Source: Spirochaetota bacterium (GTDB lineage: Bacteria > Spirochaetota > UBA4802 > UBA5550). From it: a stretch of DNA of 39,647 nt. The notes beneath the pieces were generated by a model. The model saw only the letters and a list, made by a program, of their open reading frames with translations, was not told the origin of the DNA and did no database searches. Both the position numbers and the translations under genes were made by a program. Every line of letters begins with the position of its first letter. The stretch's first letter is position 1. Below are positions 1 to 8,289 of the stretch, one piece after another. Location: NCBI GenBank assembly GCA_050298055.1, contig JBNKTL010000031.1, positions 1-39,647 of the forward strand, written 5' to 3'.

Positions 1-444
1 AACCGTGCCCTGGGTATGGTTCTGATGATTGCCTCGGTAGTGGCAGGATTCTTTTTCGTTGCCGGGATGCATCCCGGTTTTCCGCCTGTTACATCCATCC
101 CGGACAGGGTTTACAGAATCTTTGCGGTACCCCTGGGACTGGTAACTCTGGCTCTCTTTGGAAACGTTTTCCGTACCGGTTATATTATACTGACCATCAA
201 GGTGGTACCTCCAATGCCTGATTTCAAAGAAAAAAATGATCTCACAAAACCCAAGGCACTTCTCCTCTGCCTGGTATCCCTGGGACTCATTGCACTGTTC
301 GGTTACGGGATTTACTTGAAAAGCTTCTGGGCCCTGGCCCTGCCGGCAGCATTCGTTGTCCTGGTATTTCTCGGTGCTGTCTTCTGGATAGGGTGGGCTA
401 TCCTGTTCACCAGAACAACTATTCAGGACAAATCAGGGGAATAA
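1..444 (+). CDS. Hypothetical multi-pass membrane protein (probably 5'-partial)
   Basis: Frame is open from base 1 (NRALG-MVLMIASVV...; first ATG at 16, no RBS). About four hydrophobic segments; stop is 13 bp before the glycosyltransferase. Confidence 0.7.
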   Translation, partial: NRALGMVLMIASVVAGFFFVAGMHPGFPPVTSIPDRVYRIFAVPLGLVTLALFGNVFRTGYIILTIKVVPPMPDFKEKNDLTKPKALLLCLVSLGLIALFGYGIYLKSFWALALPAAFVVLVFLGAVFWIGWAILFTRTTIQDKSGE

Positions 445-457
445 CCGGTATCCATCT

Positions 458-1696
458 ATGAGAATCTGCCTGCTTACCTACCGGGGCAATCCCTACTGTG
501 GCGGACAGGGGATCTATATCCGTTACGTGGCTGAGGAACTTGCACGTCAGGGCCACCGGGTCACCGTCATAGCCGGCGATCCGCAGCCGGGCTCCATAAA
601 CGGGGTATTGGTACACCGGATACCCAACCGGAACCATTTTAACAACAGGGATCGCTTCATTGACCCGGAACGTCCCTTCGCGGCACTCTCGCCCCTTGAT
701 ATATACGAGTTTGTCATGTCACGGATGGGTATCTTTGCCGAGATGGAGACCTTTTCCGTGAGAGCATTACCCCTTGTGCGGAAACTCCATCGGGAAGAAC
801 CCTTCGATATAATCCACGATAACCAGTGCCTCGGATACGGCTTCCTCCTGTTCCGGCAGCTGGGAGTTCCGGTTATCTCGACTATCCACCATCCCCTGAG
901 CATCGACAGAAATATCTGGTTTGAGCAGTCGTCGAATTTCCGCACGAAGATGAAACGGGTCCTCTATTACCCGCTCCCTATGCAAAAGATGGTAGCCAAC
1001 AGGATGGACCGGATCATCACCGTATCCCGCAGTGCAGCCGGAGAGATTACCCGGGCTTTTAAGGTTCCCAGGGAGCGTATCAGCGTAGTCTACAACGGTA
1101 TGGACCTCTCTCTGTTCAAACCGGCTGGTGGCCGGCAGCAGGCACGGTCCGGCCTGATTTTTGTGGGGAACGTGGAAGACCGGAAAAAAGGGGTCATCTA
1201 TCTCCTCAAAGCCCTGACCGAAACGAAGCACCCGGTAAGGCTCACTATCGTGGATGGTGGCACGCCTGCGCGGTCACTGATTCCCCGGCTTATTGACAGG
1301 TTTGGCCTTAACCACCGGGTGATCTTCACCGGGAAAATCCCCCTGGACGAACTGCTGCGGCTTTATGGTACCCACCGCCTTGCTGTGATGCCCTCCCTCT
1401 ACGAGGGATTCGGATTTCCCGCGGCAGAGGCCATGGCTTGTGGTCTTCCCGTGATCGCCGCCCGGGGCGGCGCACTGCCCGAGGTCGTTGGGGAACACCG
1501 GGATACAGCCTGGCTGGTCCCGCCCAGGGATTTTCGGGAACTTGCCCGGGGAATCGACTACCTCCTCGATCACCCGGCAGAGACAGCGGCTATGGCCCGA
1601 CGGGGCATGTACAGGATCAGGCGGCTCTTTACATGGAAACAGGCGGTCACAGAGATGGCGGGAATTTACCGGGACGTGATAGATGCTTACCGTTGA
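458..1696 (+). CDS. Glycosyltransferase family 4 (GT-B, retaining)
   Basis: N-terminal MRICLLTYRGNPYCGGQGIY and C-terminal PSLYEGFGFPAAEAMACG (EX7E motif). Confidence 0.93.
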   Translation: MRICLLTYRGNPYCGGQGIYIRYVAEELARQGHRVTVIAGDPQPGSINGVLVHRIPNRNHFNNRDRFIDPERPFAALSPLDIYEFVMSRMGIFAEMETFSVRALPLVRKLHREEPFDIIHDNQCLGYGFLLFRQLGVPVISTIHHPLSIDRNIWFEQSSNFRTKMKRVLYYPLPMQKMVANRMDRIITVSRSAAGEITRAFKVPRERISVVYNGMDLSLFKPAGGRQQARSGLIFVGNVEDRKKGVIYLLKALTETKHPVRLTIVDGGTPARSLIPRLIDRFGLNHRVIFTGKIPLDELLRLYGTHRLAVMPSLYEGFGFPAAEAMACGLPVIAARGGALPEVVGEHRDTAWLVPPRDFRELARGIDYLLDHPAETAAMARRGMYRIRRLFTWKQAVTEMAGIYRDVIDAYR

Positions 1697-1799
1697 TGTG
1701 GATCTCTTCGGTGCAGAACAGGACCACCCGGTGCTGGATGCAGGGTGCGGCATCGCCACAGGTTCCACTCTCTCTGGTGGGACATCTGCTCGATTGTGA
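1683..1799 (+). pseudogene. Truncated/frameshifted class I SAM-dependent methyltransferase (N-terminal remnant)
   Basis: ATG at 1683 overlaps the GT stop and reads MLTVDVDLFGAEQDHPVLDAGCG (SAM motif I), then loses frame and stops at 1797-1799. Confidence 0.75.
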
Positions 1800-1802
1800 G
1801 AT

Positions 1803-1953
1803 TGCACCGGAATGACAATCACCTGACACGGCTCTATCACAGGTTTTTACTCTTCTGTATATACTCACCCCGGCTCGCACAGATGGAACCGTTCTATGAC
1901 TGGTTCTTCCCAGGGAGTGTCATCCTTAATGCCTGGAAGATAATCGCTGATAA
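1803..1953. repeat. ~150-bp non-coding repeat, copy A (copy B 25162..25313)
   Basis: Shared blocks TGCACC-GAATGAC-ATCAC, ACGGCTCTATCACAGG, GTTCTATGACTGGTTCTT, GGGAGTGTCAT, CCTGGAA, TAATCG. Confidence 0.85.
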
Positions 1954-2050
1954 TATATATTATTAGATGAATTATATACTGCATCGAGGTTAACCGATTA
2001 ACTACCAACGATGTCTACAATCAACATGGCATATGAGAATAGTATCAACA

Positions 2051-2310
2051 GAACCGGTGTTTGAATGTTTTAATAGATTAATAGATTATTCGCTTGACAT
2101 ATTTCCCCAATATAAAATATATGATATAATACACTATATTACCGTTCTATAGTATATATCATTTGTCATATATGTCATTATTTTTTTGATTTTTGGAAAT
2201 AAACCATATCTATTCTTTTACGGAAACATATTGGAATAAACACGGGATTGTATTACTTTTTGGAGAAAAAAACACAATTTTATATAAAGAATCGTTGTTG
2301 GCGGGTACCC
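2051..2310 (+). promoter_or_regulatory. Repeated promoter/operator/leader module, copy 1 (upstream of acyl-CoA dehydrogenase operon)
   Basis: TTGACA 2094-2099, TATAAT 2125-2130, operator ATTACCGTTCTATAGT 2138-2153, AAACCATATCTA, CACGGGATT, GGGTACCC 2303-2310. Similarity to copy 6 extends upstream to 1968. Confidence 0.85.
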
Positions 2311-2541
2311 ATGTGAAAATTGCAACCTTCATAAAAAATATTCAGGTATGCGCCTTAATGATATTGAGTGGTGTCAGCTTTGGCAATTCCGCAGGAGTAA
2401 CCGGTGTGAGGTTCATCATCTTTAAAATGAAGAAAAGAAATTTTGAAAACAGTTTCGCTACCCTCTGTGTGGGAGGCGATATAGGTACTGCTGTCGTTAT
2501 TGAAGTATAGTTTTAAATAAAAAAAGTAATAGGAGAAAAAA

Positions 2542-4401
2542 ATGGCGCTTAATCCACTTGTTGATTCCCGGGATACTAGGTTTGTTTTATTTGAATTACT
2601 GGAAATTGATAACCTGACAAAATATGAAAAATTTTCAGAATTTGACAGAGACACTTTTCAGGCTGTTATACAATTGGCCGAACAAATAGCTGTGAATAGG
2701 ATCTATCCTGCCAATGCTGAAGCTGATAAAATCGGCGCTCACTATAATCCGGAGGATAAAACCGTTACAGTTCCTGAAATATATCATACAGTTTTAGCTA
2801 TTGTTAATGAAGCAGGTTTTCCAGGACTCTGTAACGATCCCCGCTGGGGAGGGATGGGAATGCCCGATGTTATTCATCGAACAGTTTTGGAATACTTTTA
2901 TGCTGCAAGCGTGTCCTTTACCATGAATGTTTCTCTCAGTATCGGCGCAACAAATCTTGTTAAAAATTATAGTGAGCATCCTCAACGGGACATGATCCTT
3001 GAAAAAATGATTGCCGGTGAATGGGGAGGTACCATGTGTCTTACCGAGCCCGAAGCAGGTTCCGATGTTGGAGCGTTAAAGACGAAGGCGGTAAAACAGG
3101 CTGACGGTACATATCTTATTACCGGCCAGAAGATATTCATCTCTGCCGGTGAAAATGATTTATATGAAAATATCATCCATCCTGTGCTTGCCCGTATCGA
3201 AGGGGATCCCCCCGGGACAAAGGGGATATCAATATTTTTTGTACCCAAAATCCGTATTAATCCTGACGGATCCCCGGGGGAACCCAACGATGTTGTCTGT
3301 TCGGGAATTGAACATAAAATGGGACTTAAGGCTTCACCTACCTGTACGCTGAATTTCGGTGACAACGGCGCCTGTGCCGGGTGGCTTATGGGAGAACAGG
3401 GAAAAGGTATGAAGATTATGTTTCAGATGATGAACGAAGCCCGTCTCGATGTTGCCGTGCAGGGGCTGGGGGTTTCCAGTTCAGCCTATATGCACGCCGT
3501 CACCTATGCCAGAAACAGGATACAGGGGAGCCTCATCGGGGCAAAGGGAGAGCCGGCCCGGATCATCCGGCATCCTGACGTGAAGAGAATGCTCATGTGG
3601 ATGAAGTCCCATGTTGAGGCCATGAGGATGGCTTCAATGCTTGGCGCTTACCTTACAGATGTAATACACAATGATACAGGTGAAAAGGCAGAAGAAGCAA
3701 AGGCATTGCTTGAACTGCTTATACCAGTTTGCAAGGCCGGCAACACAGACATGGCATGGCTTATCACAGCCGAAGCGATATTGGTCCACGGGGGGTACGG
3801 TTATTGTTCAGACTATCCCGTGGAGCAGCTGGCAAGGGATTCCAAGATACTGGCCATATATGAAGGAACAAACGGCATTCAGTCCATGGATCTTACCATG
3901 AGGAAACTCCTCCTGAATCCCGGGATGTATAATTACGCGGTTTTTAAAAAACGGGTCCGGGAAATAACGGATACAGCCGCCGGTATAGTCGATGAAAAAT
4001 ACGTTAAAACCGTTGAGACAGGGGTGGAAAAAATGGATGAGGTGATAGCGTATCTCGGTAAAATGCTCAATACCGGAAGGATTGATGAAATACTTGAGCA
4101 GGCAGTACCCCTCCAGCAGTCATTCAGGATGCTGGTTTATGCCTGGCTGCACCTCTGGTCAATGACAAAAACAGTTCCGGCCCTTAAGGGAATAGCCGGG
4201 GATATATCAGGAGATAAGGTTGAAGCTCTTGTAAAGGATAATGACGAAGCCGCTTATTATCACGGAAAGATCCTTGCCTCACGCTTTTATCTCGGTTCAG
4301 AGTTTAAAAAGTATTTCGGCAATATTGACAATATTTTGTCTGGAGAAACAGCCCTCACGGAAACTCCGGAACACGTTTTTACCGGCGCTCCCGAAGAGTA
4401 G
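2542..4401 (+). CDS. Acyl-CoA dehydrogenase (long ~600-aa type)
   Basis: GTMCLTEPEAGSDVG, GQKIFIS, EHKMG, HGGYGY, IYEGTNGIQ motifs; AGGAG RBS. Confidence 0.95.
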   Translation: MALNPLVDSRDTRFVLFELLEIDNLTKYEKFSEFDRDTFQAVIQLAEQIAVNRIYPANAEADKIGAHYNPEDKTVTVPEIYHTVLAIVNEAGFPGLCNDPRWGGMGMPDVIHRTVLEYFYAASVSFTMNVSLSIGATNLVKNYSEHPQRDMILEKMIAGEWGGTMCLTEPEAGSDVGALKTKAVKQADGTYLITGQKIFISAGENDLYENIIHPVLARIEGDPPGTKGISIFFVPKIRINPDGSPGEPNDVVCSGIEHKMGLKASPTCTLNFGDNGACAGWLMGEQGKGMKIMFQMMNEARLDVAVQGLGVSSSAYMHAVTYARNRIQGSLIGAKGEPARIIRHPDVKRMLMWMKSHVEAMRMASMLGAYLTDVIHNDTGEKAEEAKALLELLIPVCKAGNTDMAWLITAEAILVHGGYGYCSDYPVEQLARDSKILAIYEGTNGIQSMDLTMRKLLLNPGMYNYAVFKKRVREITDTAAGIVDEKYVKTVETGVEKMDEVIAYLGKMLNTGRIDEILEQAVPLQQSFRMLVYAWLHLWSMTKTVPALKGIAGDISGDKVEALVKDNDEAAYYHGKILASRFYLGSEFKKYFGNIDNILSGETALTETPEHVFTGAPEE

Positions 4402-4478
4402 AAATCGGGCAGTAATATAACAAAACCTATTTTTCAAGCCCCCTCCGGGGGTTGGAAACTGTTAAAGAGGTGTCTGCC

Positions 4479-5945
4479 ATGGCGATGAAAACACCGCAGG
4501 AATACATTAAGAGTTTAAGACAACTTGACCTCGTTGTTTATATGTTCGGAAAAAAACTGGATGATGTTGTGGATGATCCAATTATCAGACCTTCACTAAA
4601 TGCCGTTGCCATGACGTATTCAATGGCAAAAGACCCGAGGTTTGAAGATATTATGACGGCTACATCGCATATTACCGGGAAAAAGATCAACCGTTTTACC
4701 CATATCCATCAAAGTGCCGATGACCTGGTAAAGAAAAGTAAAATGGGCCGGCTGCTTGGAGCTCACACGGGCTGCTGCTTTCAGCGGTGTGTAGGAATGG
4801 ACGCCCTGAACGCCCTTTCCATGACCACGTACGATATTGATCAAAAATTCAACACCGGTTACAACAGGCGGTTTTTAAAATACCTGGAATATGTGCAGGA
4901 AAACGATCTTGTCTGTGACGGTGCCATGACCGATCCCAAGGGAGACAGATCGTTGCCGCCTCACAAACAGGCTGATCCCGACATATTTCTCCATGTTGTT
5001 GACGAAAGAGAGGAGGGTATCGTTGTACGGGGTGCCAAGGCTCACCAGACCGGAGCAGTCAACTCCCATGAAGTTATTGTCATGCCCACGATAAGTATGA
5101 AGGAAGAGGACAAAGACTATGCTCTTTCCTTTGCTGTTCCCAGTAATACCGAAGGTATTACATATATTATGGGGCGCCAGTCCTGTGACACAAGGAAGCT
5201 TGAAAAAGGAAGGATCGACCAGGGAAATGCAAACTTTGGAGGCCATGAAGCCCTGATTGTTTTTGATGATGTATTTGTACCCTGGGAAAGGGTATTCATG
5301 TATAAGGAATATGATTTTGCGGGACAGCTGGTTGAACGCTTTGCGTCATACCACAGGCAGAGTTATGCATGCAAAGTCGGCGTTGGTGACGTCCTTATCG
5401 GCGCCACACAGACTGCGGCAGAGTATAACGGAGCAGCGAAGGCATCTCACGTAAAAGATAAAATTATAGAGATGAACCAGCTTAATGAGACCCTCTACTG
5501 CGGGTCTATTGCCTGTGCAAGCGAAGGGCACAGGGAGCCCAGCGGCACCTATTATGTTGATCCCCTTCTGGCAAATGTTCACAAACAGAACGTAACACGG
5601 TATCCCTATGAGATAGCACGTCTCGCGCAGGATATTGCAGGGGGACTGATGGTGACCCTCCCTTCAGAAGGGGACCTGAACTCCCCGGAAGTCGGGGACC
5701 TGGTGAAAAAATACCTGAAAGGCGCAGGTGATGTACCCATGGAAAACCGCATGCGAATCCTCAGGCTTATTGAAAATATTACCATGGGGACGGCGGCGGT
5801 GGGCTACCTGACAGAGTCAATGCATGGAGCCGGTTCACCCCAGGCACAGAGAATTATGATCTCACGGCTTGTTGATATGGACGGCAAAAAGAAGGCTTCA
5901 AAAAAGCTTTCAGGTATTAAAGAAGATGAAGTAGACAGAAAATAA
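4479..5945 (+). CDS. abfD: 4-hydroxybutyryl-CoA dehydratase / vinylacetyl-CoA isomerase (HpaB family, [4Fe-4S]/FAD)
   Basis: CFQRCVGMDA, YHRQSYACKVG (Cys/His cluster ligands), GAMTDPKGDRS, TESMHGAGSPQAQ. Start set at ATG 4479 behind GAGG. Confidence 0.88.
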   Translation: MAMKTPQEYIKSLRQLDLVVYMFGKKLDDVVDDPIIRPSLNAVAMTYSMAKDPRFEDIMTATSHITGKKINRFTHIHQSADDLVKKSKMGRLLGAHTGCCFQRCVGMDALNALSMTTYDIDQKFNTGYNRRFLKYLEYVQENDLVCDGAMTDPKGDRSLPPHKQADPDIFLHVVDEREEGIVVRGAKAHQTGAVNSHEVIVMPTISMKEEDKDYALSFAVPSNTEGITYIMGRQSCDTRKLEKGRIDQGNANFGGHEALIVFDDVFVPWERVFMYKEYDFAGQLVERFASYHRQSYACKVGVGDVLIGATQTAAEYNGAAKASHVKDKIIEMNQLNETLYCGSIACASEGHREPSGTYYVDPLLANVHKQNVTRYPYEIARLAQDIAGGLMVTLPSEGDLNSPEVGDLVKKYLKGAGDVPMENRMRILRLIENITMGTAAVGYLTESMHGAGSPQAQRIMISRLVDMDGKKKASKKLSGIKEDEVDRK

Positions 5946-5970
5946 TTCATTTTAGACAATACCCGGGGAG

Positions 5971-6867
5971 ATGATATATATACCTCGAAAACAAAAAGTT
6001 AAGAGAGCACTTGTTGTGGAAGGGGGCGGTATGCGGAGTGTTTTTTCCGCAGGCGTTCTCAATGCTTTCGCGTATAAAGGTTTTGATCCTTTCAACCTGT
6101 ATATCGGTGTTTCTGCGGGAGCATGTAATCTTGCTTCTCACCTGGCTGGCCAGTTCGACAGGAATTTTGACATAACCATGGCTTACTCAATTACACGGCA
6201 GTTTATCAATCCATGGCGCTTTCTGGCAATGGGGCACTATATGGACCTGGATTGGCTGTGGGATGTAACAATCAGGGAATACCGCCTTGATCTTAAAAGG
6301 TTATTTGGAAAACTCAAAAAAGAACATAAGCATTTTATTGTTACAGCAACATCCATGCTGAATGGCAAGGCCATGTATCTTGTTCCCAATGAGAATACAC
6401 TGGAACATTACCTGAAAGTATCCAGTTCACTTCCTCTGTTTTACCGGAAAATACTGTATGTTGACAATGAACCCGCCACCGATGGTGGTATCGCCGATTC
6501 CATTCCGGTAATGGAAGCAATACACCGCGGTGCGACGGATATAACCGTCATTCGTTCACGGTCATCAGCTTATATTAAAAAACGAAACAGCTTTTCATTT
6601 ATTTATGGTCTGGTTTTCAGGAAATATCCGCATATTGCGGATGCCATGAAGAAGAGGTATGCAAATTACATGGCTGCTGTGGAGGTCATAAAAAACCCTC
6701 CCCGGGGAGTCAATATTGATGAGATTTCACCCCCCGATGATATTTTTATTGGCAGGACCACTCAAAATAAAGAAACACTGCTGAAAACATATAATACCGG
6801 CAGGAATTATGGAAATAAATATATGGAAGATAAACTGAAGACTCTAAATCAGAGTAAACTGGTATAA
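5971..6867 (+). CDS. Patatin-like phospholipase family protein
   Basis: EGGGMR glycine loop, GVSAG nucleophile elbow, DGG catalytic Asp motif. Confidence 0.9.
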   Translation: MIYIPRKQKVKRALVVEGGGMRSVFSAGVLNAFAYKGFDPFNLYIGVSAGACNLASHLAGQFDRNFDITMAYSITRQFINPWRFLAMGHYMDLDWLWDVTIREYRLDLKRLFGKLKKEHKHFIVTATSMLNGKAMYLVPNENTLEHYLKVSSSLPLFYRKILYVDNEPATDGGIADSIPVMEAIHRGATDITVIRSRSSAYIKKRNSFSFIYGLVFRKYPHIADAMKKRYANYMAAVEVIKNPPRGVNIDEISPPDDIFIGRTTQNKETLLKTYNTGRNYGNKYMEDKLKTLNQSKLV

Positions 6868-7442
6868 AATGTTAATTGATAATTTTCCATCCATGATCTC
6901 AATTCCCTGTTGAATCTCTCCGCCCGTAGTCCCAGAAACCAGCGGAGAGGCTGGGGGTGGGAGGGAAAGAATTGAATGGGGGGAAGAGCCGAACAGAGGA
7001 TATGACGGACCCGGTAACGGTTTTTCAAAAGTTCCCTTACATTGTCCATCATCTTTATCCACTCCCCAGGATCCGTTCCCGAAGTGATATCGTTCACCCC
7101 CAGGGAGATAAGAGCAATATCAAAGATTTCCGGTGATCTTTTCTCCAGGTGTTTAATAGTACCGGCGGTTTTGCCCCCTGTTTTTGCAATGATCTTCCAC
7201 TGGACGGTATAGTTCTTTTCCAGGTTACTCACGATCCTGTAAGAAAGGGCCATCTCCTGGTGTGAAACACCCACACCTACCGCCGCAGAATCACCCATTA
7301 TCAAAAGTCGCAGAATTTCTCCGTTTCCCTTCTCCCCCTCCCTGGCTCCGGCAGGCTCAGGAAGGCGGGGGGTGACCCTCCTCACATAGAGCTCCTGGAT
7401 AAGCAGCAGGGGACCCAGGATTATTTTTATCAAATTTTCCAT
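6849..7442 (-). pseudogene. SGNH/GDSL hydrolase, C-terminally truncated paralog of 23442..24161
   Basis: GDSAAVGVG and LGVND are present. Similarity to the intact copy ends at RELRSW, so the catalytic DGFHP motif is missing. Start set at ATG 7442. Confidence 0.8.
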
Positions 7443-7982
7443 TATTTTATCCCTGGAATTTTCTTGTTTGTATATATACCAAAAGTGTTGCCCAATCTCT
7501 TGAGCCTTCACCCGCGTGGATAGTAACAAAAAAATATTCAAAGAGAACTAATTATTTTAATCCCGTAAAATGCGCTCAATATAACCAAAAATCCAAGAAA
7601 TGCTTCTGTCATTATATGTGCCCCTATTTTAAATGTTAAAGAGATAATCTCAGTATTTTTTATGCATATTTGTACATAAAGATCTGGTTCTGGTTCATTA
7701 AGTCGCAATATTTTTCAATCATCAATAATATTATTCACACAATTGCTTGAAGAATAACACGAAAAGAGCCGTAAATACTCAGTTATGGAAAGATAATCTC
7801 TGATCACATGTATTACAATATCCCCTCTATTTGAAACATTCACAGTACCGCTACAAGGATTAGCCAGTTATTATGGTGTTTTTGGGAATAGAACAGGTTC
7901 AGGACCGTATATTTCCGGGCATCCACATCCGGTTGCAAACTGACTGCCGGTCCTCTTAACATGTCATCCCTTGCACCTGCAT

Positions 7983-8180
7983 AAATGTTTTAATAAAATA
8001 ATCGCTTGACATATATGCCATATATTCTATAAGTAGTATAATACAGATAATTATCGTTCTATAGTATAAATCTTGTTCAATATATAAAATATTTGTAGGT
8101 CTATGGAAATTAACCATATCCAACCTGCTGCATAAACATATGAGAATTTACACGGGATTATATTACTCTTGGGAGAGAAT
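7983..8180 (+). promoter_or_regulatory. Repeated promoter/operator/leader module, copy 2 (upstream of ene-reductase/methyltransferase operon)
   Basis: TTGACA 8006-8011, TATAAT 8037-8042, ATTATCGTTCTATAGT 8050-8065, AACCATATC, CACGGGATTATATTACTCTTGGGAGA. Confidence 0.85.
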
Positions 8181-8191
8181 ACAGAAATGAT

Positions 8192-8225
8192 AAAGAATGA
8201 ACCGCCAGGGCCGTTCATTCTTTTT
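8192..8225 (+). terminator. Terminator-like hairpin in the leader of the ene-reductase gene
   Basis: AAAGAATGAAC 8192-8202 pairs with GTTCATTCTTT 8213-8223 and ends in a T run. The stem is AT-rich. Confidence 0.4.
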
Positions 8226-8289
8226 GGTATAAAACAGGCAAAACAATTGTCTTAACAAAAAAAGATCACATTAAAAAAGGAGGAATAAA

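Noticed and set aside
2193..2510. 105-aa ORF and similar short ORFs over module copies (29198..29437, 30849..31070)
   Set aside because: The frames are not preserved between copies, lack RBSs and overlap promoter elements.
4432..4458. Hairpin between the acyl-CoA dehydrogenase and abfD
   Set aside because: Short stem with no T tract; likely an ordinary intercistronic structure.
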